DNA of 64,000 nucleotides, from NCBI GenBank assembly GCA_000004985.1, contig GG738895.1; one strand, 5' to 3'. The DNA is from Naegleria gruberi. Lineage: Eukaryota. The number at the start of each line of letters is the position of its first letter. Position 1 is the stretch's first letter. Made by a program: the position numbers and the translations under genes. Under the pieces are notes generated by a model. It saw only the letters and a list, made by a program, of their open reading frames with translations. It was not told the origin of the DNA and searched no databases. Positions 35,201-44,094 of the stretch are shown here, one piece after another.

Positions 35201-35760
35201 ATTTCCATCAATTGTTGAACGTTTTTAAATCTCAATTTCAAGTACTTTGCCTTTATACCGGAAAGGTGATTAACCTTGTCAAGATCTTCTTTATCTACTA
35301 TATCCAATGATACTATTGGGTCCATTGATGTTAAATAATTGCAAACTTCTGTAAATGAATTGTCATCCTTCACAGCAATATAGAAATATGGTTCGAATAC
35401 TTTGGTGACAGAAAAAGAGTCACCTTCATCACTCATAAAATATAACACAACTGCAGCAAGATCCATATCCGAAGAATTGGCATCATCTTCACCTCCGGAC
35501 CCACCCATAGTCAATTTTTCTGGTACACTCGTTGCTCTAAAGTTTACCAACCAACCCAGATTCTTTGTACCCTCCATCTGTGGTCCAAAGAATCGTTTGT
35601 CAATTTCAATTTCCTCTAGTTTTTTCTTTTCTCTATATTCTTTTAATTGTTGAGCTTTTTCATCGTCATCCAATCTTTCTTGTTGACTGCCATGGTCTCC
35701 TTTCTTCTTTGTGGGCTTGTTTAGCAGCCGAGGTTTATTGTTGGATTTGTTTGTGTACAT
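29278..35760 (-). CDS. POLE: DNA polymerase epsilon catalytic subunit A
   Basis: The 2160-aa single exon has the exonuclease motifs FDIETTK and YNGDFFDWPF, the polymerase motif DVGAMYPNIILTHRLQP, and C-terminal Cys clusters CSFCSSCCD...CKHCSN and CSRCSQ...CHCSGKW. Confidence 0.95.
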   Translation of the reverse strand: MYTNKSNNKPRLLNKPTKKKGDHGSQQERLDDDEKAQQLKEYREKKKLEEIEIDKRFFGPQMEGTKNLGWLVNFRATSVPEKLTMGGSGGEDDANSSDMDLAAVVLYFMSDEGDSFSVTKVFEPYFYIAVKDDNSFTEVCNYLTSMDPIVSLDIVDKEDLDKVNHLSGIKAKYLKLRFKNVQQLMEMRSKLLPIIEKNKKKSQDSFELLEEELLNEEMEDQFLDDLDDYERGIRRKRKAKLSTIDCVDKIVDIREYDIKYHIRCAIDTDLRVGYWYDISVEEGNVLISKREDIEERAVPKVCAFDIETTKPPLMFPDPQSDRIMMISYMIDGHGYLIVNREIVAEDIENFDYTPKDEFPGYFEVFNVENEKELLLKWFSHMQEEKPCVYVTYNGDFFDWPFIEQRASVYSLNLRDHVGYYRMSGDCKKLGSDTLYGSSFGLHIDCLYWVIRDSYLPQGSHGLKAVTKAKLKYDPIEVDPEDMLPFATSQPQKLASYSVSDAVSTYYLYMKYINPFIFSLCNIIPMPPDEVLRKGSGTLCETLLMVQAFKGNIIFPNRYQSDPEKMYKGHLLASETYIGGRVEGLKSGVYRSDIPYKFKLNPDRYQQLVDNVDRVIRFAIEVEQQLKVEDVANFEELKQEIIDGLLKLKEKPEREECPKLYHLDVGAMYPNIILTHRLQPSAIVNEDTCAQCIYNKPENDCKRIMKWHFRAEYFTASRSEFNIAKNSLMNDNPNFTNEELRKRVGEISQKAHKKKYNKESMVKDATICQRENPFYVNTVREFRDRRYVLKDKSKEWKDKSKDPEFEEKSKVMLVLYDSLQLAHKCILNSFYGYVMRKAARWYSMEMAGVVTYNGAQIIRMARELIDDIGISLELDTDGIWCMLPGSFPENYTLKLTNGKKRTISYPCLMLNADVAQNFSNDQYQNFNPETGKWDKRAECSIFFEVDGPYRAMILPASKEEGKSIKKRYAVFNHDGTLAELKGFEIKRRGELKLIKIFQSQVFEQFLKGYSLSECYQHVAEIANRWLDILYTKGEGIETKQLFDYITESSNMSKRLEEYGNQKAARITAAKRLVDLFGEQMVRDKGLVCSYIVAKKPENASVTERVIPTVVFQKEESVCLSFLKKWTKDTSMTEIDLKEIVDWDYYIERLGSAIQKIITIPAALQAIDNPVPRVKHPDWLLKKLRENASQSKQRSLMDMLKKIPVTEDSSSDSDEEMEDASGDEKPKSKSTKRKIDDVDDDSLGEEVGQKRKKKKKKNKTKKSKSSDGNTLVNDGTMASYVQFYSNQLKDLVWHVIEVRESETPGLLKLFISVGGKMRTFKIEVPRVVYLNFYQKQGESEEPHKKLPILSSQLVETSVANKRDTFLYRKELLESYYQKNLQTIYSEFSNPHIQGVYETQIDPVLRAVLSIGSLCQVHPKSREKIDSANTLTVSDLVQVDGSHSKKNPGVSYLKDVTNLQKLYLFESCCDVRGVIGLFSFANKKAYIYLIHSIDLQTTGLHPDRLFDEVLDQIIEQSNLNITEIEEFELDVFKNRVDVLKEINNILAKERKASSLLLVQSPFSYQTHSASEIAPMLEEIPIVAIPFSEEDNKYQHALSAYWTNNCIKQMFIRYCAIEKWYKDMTNYSNYCGIPIGNIESNDFVMHLIDMMFGRSLQNDYVLWLSKANKPDLGGCENDALQQQALLSDDQLYSRSGTFINHSACYHSVCVEFDISHLDINAILQSSFIEETIDDKISNSSKFSTVTEIFKIFKQVVSKMFADVHNDDNTCPDVPDLLLSNLYRWCCNTHAKLFHPEILAFIYRLQKKVFLQLCAHFKKCGCRIIYANFTKIIVDTGKNTTDEAKVYTDYLKSSIQQQKLFTWVDIEVKNTWSNLLWFNQDNFLGFKEDQETETGLSSDPHIDLLSELPESVRVHLVFYLSTYMYECLKYRRSLDEKISTMKAEEVQKIQEEHAQEYLTTKFSEGLMEVMSNQLKELSLQLESEKDIRLEFVNAICHMLSIDLFIRDEVNVLKRSLLKLLGVKEFSSESMFKRSQNIFKVPDMICSFCSSCCDLELGKPTTENIFKCKHCSNDFDKSLIEGRLIDYVQNKMVGYQLQDLQCSRCSQINANNVLERCHCSGKWISAQVENKSEKVADTIHLIHSISQQHNFDTLNEIISYMLKKKK

Positions 35761-35983
35761 TTTTTTTGATTTAATTTAAAATTTTAATTTGGGCGGGAGA
35801 GAAAAATAGCGCGCAAATTTTGACAACACAACCAGCATGATGAGAGTCATTCATTATTGATAAAAACTTGATCGTACACTTATTGTTGTCCATTCATTTT
35901 ACGATGACAATCGCAATAACATAACACAATAGTTAATAGCAACTCAATACCATCAAATATTTTTAAAATAAAAATTTAAAAAA
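35761..35983. promoter_or_regulatory. Putative bidirectional promoter region between the divergent POLE and NDUFA6-like genes
   Basis: It is a 223-nt spacer between opposite-strand start codons; no motif was defined. Confidence 0.3.
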
Positions 35984-36526
35984 ATGTTTAAAAAGGCTTC
36001 TTCATCATCAATCATACAACTCAACAAGGCCGTATCAACCAAATCATCTCCTTTGGTTGCTAATTTATCATCAATTCAAAGTGCTAATTTCACTGATTAT
36101 GCCTACATTAGAAGTAAATCATTAGAAGAAGCCAACGCTAACGTTTTGTTTCTCTACCGTAGAATGTTGAAGATTTTGCCTTGGATGAAGGAAACTTATC
36201 ACGTACCAACAAATCTTGATGTTATGAGAAAAACAATCCACAAGGAATTCAAGAGCTTCCAAGGTTTATCCGATACAGAACTTATTGACGCTTTAGTTAT
36301 TCGTGGTTACATTGAATATAATGAAGCCACAATGCACCACAAACAAAGAGGACACATTATCAAATTCTTCATTGAATCCGATGTTACAAATGTTGCTCCA
36401 CATTTACAAGAATACAAGAGAATTATGAAAGAAAAAGTCGATACTCAATCACTCTGTGCTTCCGTGGAAGGCAAGGGTATGGGTAGAAACATTGGAAAAT
36501 ATCTTAAAAACACTAAAGACTTGTAA
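35984..36526 (+). CDS. NDUFA6: LYR-motif protein; NADH dehydrogenase 1 alpha subcomplex subunit 6 (B14)-like
   Basis: It has the LYR motif LFLYRRMLKILP, and DALVIRGYIEYNEATMHHKQRGHIIKFF parallels NDUFA6 [28 protein letters not shown]. Confidence 0.65.
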   Translation: MFKKASSSSIIQLNKAVSTKSSPLVANLSSIQSANFTDYAYIRSKSLEEANANVLFLYRRMLKILPWMKETYHVPTNLDVMRKTIHKEFKSFQGLSDTELIDALVIRGYIEYNEATMHHKQRGHIIKFFIESDVTNVAPHLQEYKRIMKEKVDTQSLCASVEGKGMGRNIGKYLKNTKDL

Positions 36527-36675
36527 ACTTTTTAACAGAGATTATTATCCTTCTCGAATGGGATTATAATATGAAGGCGAAAATCTTAACACATAAAAAA
36601 CAATAATTATTTATATTGGTAATGTTTTTTATTTAATATGAGGATTCTAGTAGTAAATTGTCATCATAGACTCTA

Positions 36676-37962
36676 TTATGAACTGGTGAATCTATCCAAA
36701 CAAATTTCAAATCCAGTTTCATCATATTCTTCCTTCTTTACTGTACTATTGTCCAATAATTGTTTTTCATAAAAGGAAAATGCTGAGGCTCCTCTCCAAC
36801 ATAAAGTCATTGGATTCTTACTTTCATGAACAGTGACTGATTTGAATTCTTGTGGAGCAAAACCTCTCAGATCGTTTTGAAGCCTAGATTTAAAGTTTTT
36901 AAACTTGGTACTACCACCTGTTAAAAGGATTGTATCAAAAAGGATTGACTGTTCTACACTCGATTTGAATTCTGTTAAAATAGTTCTAGCAGCTGTTTCA
37001 GAAACTCCAGCCTGATTAATTCCAATATCAGAAGGTCTAAATAAAATTTCAGGTATTGCCATTCTTTCTTGATTCAAGGTAAGAATTTGTAAATCTTCAT
37101 TTGATGGTCTATCAGTTTTCAACACATAACCAGTCTTACTGTTCTTGTAATCTGGTAAAACATAATCAACTAAAAATGGTGAATCTATATACGAGCACAA
37201 ATTCAAATCTTCTTCAAAATTGTTAGAAACTAAACATAATCTCTCTTTCACTATATTCATTAAATAAGTTTCATCCATCATATCGTAGTGTCTTCCTGAA
37301 ACAACTTCTTTGAAATAATTGGTCAATAGTTTTCCACCAATATCTATTCTTTTAATTGCCTGTTTGACTGGGAGAGAATTTACAATGGGATAAATATGTG
37401 AAAATGAAAATCCAGAATCTATTACAAGAGCACTCTTTGATTGTACAATTGAATTATTTGAAGTTTGGGAATTGAGTGGAGTTTTTTCATCTCTAATTTC
37501 ATTTAAATATCCAAAAAAACTTAAATATTGGCTTGAAATTGATGAATATTCTTTAAATCCATAATATTCAAAGACAAGTTGGCATATATCTCTTTGGAGT
37601 GTTTTAGGAGTGAAAGGTTGATGAGGCAAAAAGAGTCTAGTTTCGTTAGTTTGTAAAGTTGGAAAGTGATTCTTTAAAATATGGTCCATAATTATTGATT
37701 GAGTTTCACAATCCACTATATATCCCTTTTCAATTGGTCTCCTAAATAAAAGTGATGCAAAACATTCACAATCATTTTCCAATTCATCACCAATAAAAAC
37801 TGATCCAGGAGCTCCCGATGTAGATCTATGTTTAGCAATATAATTAGGAATGATCAGAGGATTTTTATCAAGTCTACAATGTTCCAACACTTCTGATTCC
37901 GATGTTGCTCCATATCCAATTTTGATGGAAGAACCTCCACAGTCAGCTATGAGTGTTTTCAT
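36676..37962 (-). CDS. ARP6: Actin-related protein 6 (Arp6, SWR1/SRCAP complex subunit)
   Basis: It aligns with Arp6 at IKRIDIGGKLLTNYFKEVVSGRHYDMMDETYLMNIVKERLCLVS, VDYVLPDY, QERMAIPEILFRPSDIGI, ILLTGGSTKFKNFKSR and KEEYDETG. It is a single exon. Confidence 0.8.
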   Translation of the reverse strand: MKTLIADCGGSSIKIGYGATSESEVLEHCRLDKNPLIIPNYIAKHRSTSGAPGSVFIGDELENDCECFASLLFRRPIEKGYIVDCETQSIIMDHILKNHFPTLQTNETRLFLPHQPFTPKTLQRDICQLVFEYYGFKEYSSISSQYLSFFGYLNEIRDEKTPLNSQTSNNSIVQSKSALVIDSGFSFSHIYPIVNSLPVKQAIKRIDIGGKLLTNYFKEVVSGRHYDMMDETYLMNIVKERLCLVSNNFEEDLNLCSYIDSPFLVDYVLPDYKNSKTGYVLKTDRPSNEDLQILTLNQERMAIPEILFRPSDIGINQAGVSETAARTILTEFKSSVEQSILFDTILLTGGSTKFKNFKSRLQNDLRGFAPQEFKSVTVHESKNPMTLCWRGASAFSFYEKQLLDNSTVKKEEYDETGFEICLDRFTSS

Positions 37963-38435
37963 TTTTTTTTAAAAGAAAATTTGTTTTCCCTCCATTATTT
38001 TGTTTTTTCAAGATGAGAAACAACCACAAGCATGAAGAACTTATCTAAAGTTATCTCAACTTGTTATCATGAAAACAACTGAATATTCAAACCAATATTG
38101 ATTCTGTAGTGTCCATATTTTAAAAAGGTTTCAGTGATACTCATCAAATTAAAACTCGTCATGTTGATATCATCACTTGTTAGTCAAATAACAACAAACT
38201 CGTTAAAAAATATTCGCAAGCCAATTCAACACTTTTTTTGTTAGTGGGCATCATCATCAATTGTGCCTTTGTTTAAAACAACAACAATAACAACAACAAG
38301 TATAACGATTTCGAATCATCTCTTGTGTGCGTGATAGAGGGTGTTGATGAATAGTGTTTTATAATAATTATTGGATAAATTAATTGTTTTTTGGAGTGAT
38401 TATTTAGTTAAACAACAACCCGAAGAAACAACAAC

Positions 38436-41400
38436 ATGGGATCCAATGTTAGTAGTGTAAAGTTACCGGCAAATGATAATTTGCCTTTAGAGGATGAAAA
38501 ATCATCAAGAGTGGAAATACCAAATATGCCACCAACAAGAAGGAAAACAATAACAACATTTGATAATCAGATGAGTAGAGTATCAATAGTTTCTATACGG
38601 TATGATTCACCAATTAATGTTGGAGAGGATATTAAATCGGATATTACATTTGAAATGTTTGATCTCGCCATGGCTAGAGTTTTTACATTTCTTGATATAA
38701 CTTCTCTTCTAATGTGTTCGAGGTAAGAGGGTTATTTGAATTATTATTAATTAACATTTTCAAAAAGTGCTTGTAAAAAGTTTAGAGAATTAGAAAACAA
38801 ATATCAAGATGTTTTGTGGCAAAACTTGTATAAATTTCATAAAACCAACATGATGTACATTTGTACAAATCCTTCACAAGCTCTTCAAATGATGGAGGAA
38901 ACAAAGAAAAAACACCAAGCATCTGATAGTATTAGGAAAGGAATGGAAAGAAATGAGCTTGGTCTTTTGGTAAATGATCCAATTTTGTTGGAATTGAAAA
39001 AGGATGTAAAAAATTGGAAAGAAGAATGCTTGAACTATTGTAAGTTTGAATTGGAATATTTACTGTAAATAACCATATTTAGATTTTGTAAAAAGGAAAT
39101 TCATATCTTCTCAACAAGAATATTTACTTTTGGCAAAACTTAAAGAATTACTTTTAACTCAACCTGAAAATCCAACAAGGAGGAAATCTTCAGTAGTTGG
39201 ACATCTTTCCAATATTGGTAATACTGATTCACCTATTGCACAGAACGATATTCATACAGCCAGAAATAGTGATAGCAGCGATAGTAGTGACGATTTTAAA
39301 TTTGATAGTATCGACGATGATTTCTTAAAGAAAAAGAGCATGGAATTCATGATGTATAATAATGTAAAATCTTCATTGATTGATGACAATCCCTTTGGAA
39401 GTGATGATGATGAGGATAACGACACTCAAAAACACAACGAGGAAGCTTTAAATCCAAATCTTAATAGGTGGAAAGAAGCAGAATCAGATTCCGATGATGA
39501 TAATTGGTTGGAAGATGAAAAAGATGATGAGAAATTAGAAGTAGATTTAAAGAGTCCAAATCAAATTTTACAAGAAAAGATTGGAATGACAAACAGTGAA
39601 TCTGAAGAAAACTTTTCGACTCCTTTAGTACTTAGAGGAGAGCCAATTAATAATAGTAGTATAAAACATTTTGAGGAAAACTCAGATGAGGATGAAGACT
39701 GGTTCAATGACGATGATGAAAAATCAAAAGATAGCTCGATAATTGAGCCTATTGTCAAGAAGGGTGAAAGAGCATCCGAAATTGAAAGTCAAACTAAGCT
39801 TCATGTTAAAAATGACTTTTCCGCACTTGATATCAGTGAAGTCAAGATAGAAATAAGTTCCGAGAATGATAATAACAAATCATTTAGAAATTCCTCTTCC
39901 TCCAATCATGTAACCTTAAAACTTCCTTCCATTGATGATAGTGATGATGAACATATTCTAGGCCGTGAAGCATCTGCTTCAGAGATCAAGCTGGTATTCT
40001 CAGATGATTTAGATTCTGATAAGAAGAAGATATCTACACCAAAGACTAAAGATGAAAGTGAAAGATCTGCAAGATCTTCATTCGAAGAAGATATTGATGA
40101 TTCTAGAGGTTCACACAAAAAGTCTTCATTCCTAATTTCTAAATCATCCAATGATGATGACTCTGATCCTTGGTATTCAGATGAAGAGAGTACAAAAAAG
40201 ACTGTTCTTCATGTTGAATCTGAAAATTTAAATATTAAGAAAGAAGAAACTGACTCGGACACAGATGATTGGTACAGTGAAAGCGAAGATGACAAGAAGA
40301 GTAGTCATTTTGGATTAATGCTAAGAGATAATGAAGAATCACAAAAGGATTCCTCATCATGCTACTCTGTTTCAAAACTTGGATTTGGTAGTAATTTACC
40401 AAGTTTTATTGGCAGTCAATCTGATACTGCTAGAAGAATCAAAGAGGCAGAGAATCTTACATTGGATGAACTCATCACGGATCTTACTGATGTAACAAAA
40501 CTGAAAGAAACTTATCTGAATAGATCAAATGCTGAAACCCAACAATTTTACAGCAAGTTATTATCTTTCCATCAGAGAACACAGGTATTCTGTGGAGATG
40601 AACCAGTTGAGGATACAATGCCTGATGCTATGGTATGTTCAAATTAATTTTAAATTCTAACTTTAATTTAGATGGCACCAAATGATTGGCCAACAACCTT
40701 ATCTTTCTTCCAACAAAAGAAAGGTCAAGGTATTGTTATAAAATTGATTTACATTGAAGAGATTCAGACACCTTACCCAGCAAAACTCTGTAACCCTGTA
40801 CTTAAATTCTTTGGATCAAAATCAAAAGAGATGAGAGGTGTTTGTTCTGGATTGATTATTGGACCATTTTTACTTCAGTGGAATAAGACTCACTCATTAA
40901 TTATACCAAGAAAATTAGTTTCAGACTCCTACTTGTATCAAACAAGAACTCATCGTATTGCAGAGCTTTTTAATGTTACTTTGGATTCAATTATCGATAC
41001 CATTGCTAAAATTATTGTAGAGTGGAATCTCACAAAACTGTATCATGATCAATTACAAAATTGTCAACATTTTGTTGAGAAAATAATTGATTCTCTTGGT
41101 ATCAAGAAGGTTTTGGAAACTGAAAGAATAGGAAAAACGATTTGTAAGTTTTATTCGAGTTATCTTGATAATTTTTACACCAACAGTCAACTATAATACT
41201 ATCTTGAATAGAGAAGGAAAAGGGTCAATAGAATTCAATTTTGCTGACCAAGCTAAACATGACAAGTTATATGCATGCTTGGAAAAGAAGTATGGATCTG
41301 GAAAGGTTACCTTTGAAACTCACAAACAATTAGATGAATTTATGAGATCAGTTATTGCTGAAGATCCAAACTTTACAATTACTCACCACCAAGATTATTC

Positions 41401-41539
41401 CTTACTTGTATTCTTTGATCAACTTTTCTGGGCTAAACATTCTTTACTTCCAAATGAGGACCAATACAAACCTCTATCAGATGAAAAATCATCAACTCTG
41501 TGTCCATTCGGTTCACTGGCTTTTGGTACAACCAAATGA
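38436..41539 (+). CDS. F-box-like protein with a long acidic Ser/Asp-rich region and a C-terminal PPPDE/DeSI-like (NCQHF) domain; five-exon model, which could alternatively be two genes split at 40632/40672
   Basis: Exons are 38436-38722, 38768-39039, 39083-40632, 40672-41143 and 41187-41539, with introns of 45, 43, 39 and 43 nt; the total of 2934 nt is in frame. The F-box-like stretch is FDLAMARVFTFLDITSLLMCSSACKKFRELENKYQDVLW. The C-terminus (VIKLIYIEE...GVCSGLIIG...LYHDQLQNCQHFVEKIIDSLGIKKV) resembles the PPPDE motif Y.L...NCNHFS. Confidence 0.5.
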
Positions 41540-41909
41540 AGCACAAAAGATTAATTTGAATCATCAATTTGCTTCAAATCTGTTTCACCTTCAAACCTGT
41601 TTATCTGAGAATGAAATCTCAATAATTACCCCCACTCAACTCCTTATTGTACAATTTTGCCAAAGAGTTTTACCTTTAACACCTCGGAAATACTCTAATA
41701 TGATATTAAATAAAAATCCGTCTGATAATAATAATAATAATAACAACTATGGAATAACATCAATGTAAATAACAACACATTATCCAAACAATAACACCCC
41801 ACACATCTCTCTTCATCACTCTAACAATTTGATGAATGGAGTTGAAGAGAGAATGTTGGTGATAAAATTCAACAAGAAATTTGACTCGAATAAAAAAAAA
41901 TAACACAAA

Positions 41910-44081
41910 ATGCCAAACACTAAAAGAGCAGCATCAAAAAACAAGGCATTTGCTCAACAGAGAAAGGATATTAAAAAACATCAATCCGAAAAGCCAGTTC
42001 TTGAGGATGCTATAATAGACGCCGAGAGTTTCCAATCAGAAACTGATAAATTCCAATCTAAAAAACTTGCGCAAATAAGACAAAAAACAGGTTTATTAGA
42101 AAAGGACAAGGATAGAGATATTATTCAACCACTTATACAAACAAATGATCAAGATGATGACGATGATAATGATGGATATGCTGATGAAACATCAATTGAT
42201 AGAAAATTAGTAAAACAAACAGTTGCAAAAGTTACTAAAAAACAAAAAGATGAAAGTGATGATGAATCTGAAGATGATGAAACTCAACTAACAACAACAG
42301 TCTCTTCTGATGAGGATGATGAAGAAGAATATAAAGGAGCATATAGTGATGAAGATGAATCCGATGAAGATATTAGCAAATTAAGAAAGAAGGCTTTGGC
42401 TGGTTCATCACAAACAACAAGATGGAAGAGAAATGAATTCTATGAAGGACAAACTAATATTTCTCAAAAGACACATACAAATAGAGAAAGAAAACAATTT
42501 GATGAAGAAGAAGAGGAAGTTAAAAGAATGCAAGAAGAAAGAGCAAAGAGATTATCTACAAGTGATTATTTGGATGATTTCATGTTAGATAGTAAAACAA
42601 CAACAAAAAAGAAGATTCAAGAAAGTTCAAAGAAGGAACAAGTTTCAATTGAAGAAAAACTTGCAATTATACAAAAAGATGCTCCTGAATTTATGAATTT
42701 ACTTGTAGATTTAAAGAACAAACTTGTTACAGTTAAGGAACAATTACATCCAATTTTATCTAAAGTTGAAATGGGTAATTTAGCAACAAGTGAAGGTTTA
42801 AGTTATTTAGAAACCAAGTATCATTTAATGTTGACTTATTGTACAAATATTTTGTTTTATGTCTTGTTGAAATCAAGTGGAAAATCTGTTAAAGATCATC
42901 CAGTTTTGGAAAATTTGGTTGAACTCCGATTACTTTTAGAAAAGATTAAACCAATAGATGAAAGAATGAAATATCAAGTTGATAAACTTGTTAAATTGGC
43001 AAATAATATTCAAGATTCAACAATGACATTTGATTTCAAACCAAATCCAGATAGATTATTAAAGAATGATGAAGAAGGTGCTTCTTTTAATTCAGATGAA
43101 GATGGTTCTGATATGGGTGAAAGTGATGAAGATCTTATGGAAATGAAGACTGGTTCCAGAAAATTAAAGACATCATTTGATTCTGACAGTGATGATAATG
43201 TTGATGAAGATGATGAACAAGATACCTATGTTGCTCCAAAGATGATGGCTGTTTCTTATGACGATTCTGCTTTGAAAAAGTCAGAAAAGACAAGAAAAAA
43301 GGCCATGGAAAGAATTGAAAAGGGTGGGCTCTTGAAAGAACTTAAGAATGAATTTGGTGATGCTCCAGAAGAATCATACTCTATTGGTACTGAAGGAAGA
43401 AGTAAACATTTGGAAGCTATTGAAAAGGCAGAACTTGAATCTCGTCAAAGACTTATGCTTACAAAGAAAGATAAAAAGAAGATTGCTGAGGAATTGAAGA
43501 TTAAGGATCCATTGACAGAAATGGATTCATTCCACGAATTTACTGCTCTTCAAAGATATGCTAAATCAAAGAATGCCACAAACAGCAAATTGGCTTTGGC
43601 TCAATATCTTGGAGATGCTGATGAAGCTATGAAGGAAATTACAAAGGGACCAAAGCGTGATGCTATGGATGATGAAGAAAAGGCCATGTTAGAAAGTGGT
43701 GCTTTGACTTATGATTCTAATTCTGATTTTGATGAAGATGAAGATGATTACTATGAAGAAGAGGATGACTCAAAGAAGAGAAAACGTGGAGGTTCTGATT
43801 TTTCATCAAAGAAACAAAAGAGAGATTTTGAAGATGAAAACTTGGAATATGAAGGTAGAGATGAAAGTGGTAAGAGAAGGGCTGATCACACAATTATTAA
43901 GAATAGAGGTTTAGCAGCACACAAGAAGGAAGATCAAAGAAATCCAAGACTCAGACTGAAAAACAAGTATAAGGCAAAGACTGGAGGTTATAGATTCGGT
44001 AAAGTTAAATCTCAAGCAGGTTATAGTGGTGAAAGCAAAATTTCAACTGGTGTTGTCAAATCTAGGAAGATTAAGTCATAA
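41910..44081 (+). CDS. UTP3: SAS10/UTP3 (U3 snoRNP, small-subunit processome component)
   Basis: It has the Sas10/Utp3/C1D domain (LVDLKNKLVTVKEQLHPILSKVEMGNL...YHLMLTYCTNILFYVLLK), acidic linkers, and a Sas10 C-terminal domain (GLAAHKKEDQRNPRLRLKNKYKAKTGGYRFGKVKS...VVKSRKIK). Confidence 0.8.
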   Translation: MPNTKRAASKNKAFAQQRKDIKKHQSEKPVLEDAIIDAESFQSETDKFQSKKLAQIRQKTGLLEKDKDRDIIQPLIQTNDQDDDDDNDGYADETSIDRKLVKQTVAKVTKKQKDESDDESEDDETQLTTTVSSDEDDEEEYKGAYSDEDESDEDISKLRKKALAGSSQTTRWKRNEFYEGQTNISQKTHTNRERKQFDEEEEEVKRMQEERAKRLSTSDYLDDFMLDSKTTTKKKIQESSKKEQVSIEEKLAIIQKDAPEFMNLLVDLKNKLVTVKEQLHPILSKVEMGNLATSEGLSYLETKYHLMLTYCTNILFYVLLKSSGKSVKDHPVLENLVELRLLLEKIKPIDERMKYQVDKLVKLANNIQDSTMTFDFKPNPDRLLKNDEEGASFNSDEDGSDMGESDEDLMEMKTGSRKLKTSFDSDSDDNVDEDDEQDTYVAPKMMAVSYDDSALKKSEKTRKKAMERIEKGGLLKELKNEFGDAPEESYSIGTEGRSKHLEAIEKAELESRQRLMLTKKDKKKIAEELKIKDPLTEMDSFHEFTALQRYAKSKNATNSKLALAQYLGDADEAMKEITKGPKRDAMDDEEKAMLESGALTYDSNSDFDEDEDDYYEEEDDSKKRKRGGSDFSSKKQKRDFEDENLEYEGRDESGKRRADHTIIKNRGLAAHKKEDQRNPRLRLKNKYKAKTGGYRFGKVKSQAGYSGESKISTGVVKSRKIKS

Positions 44082-44094
44082 ATTTACATTTGTT

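Noticed and set aside
41355-41768. 137-aa ORF spanning the 3' end of the F-box/PPPDE gene and the following intergenic region
   Set aside because: It is frame-shifted relative to the supported CDS, runs into an AT-rich 3' UTR-like sequence (poly-N tail from an AAT-repeat) and has no homology.
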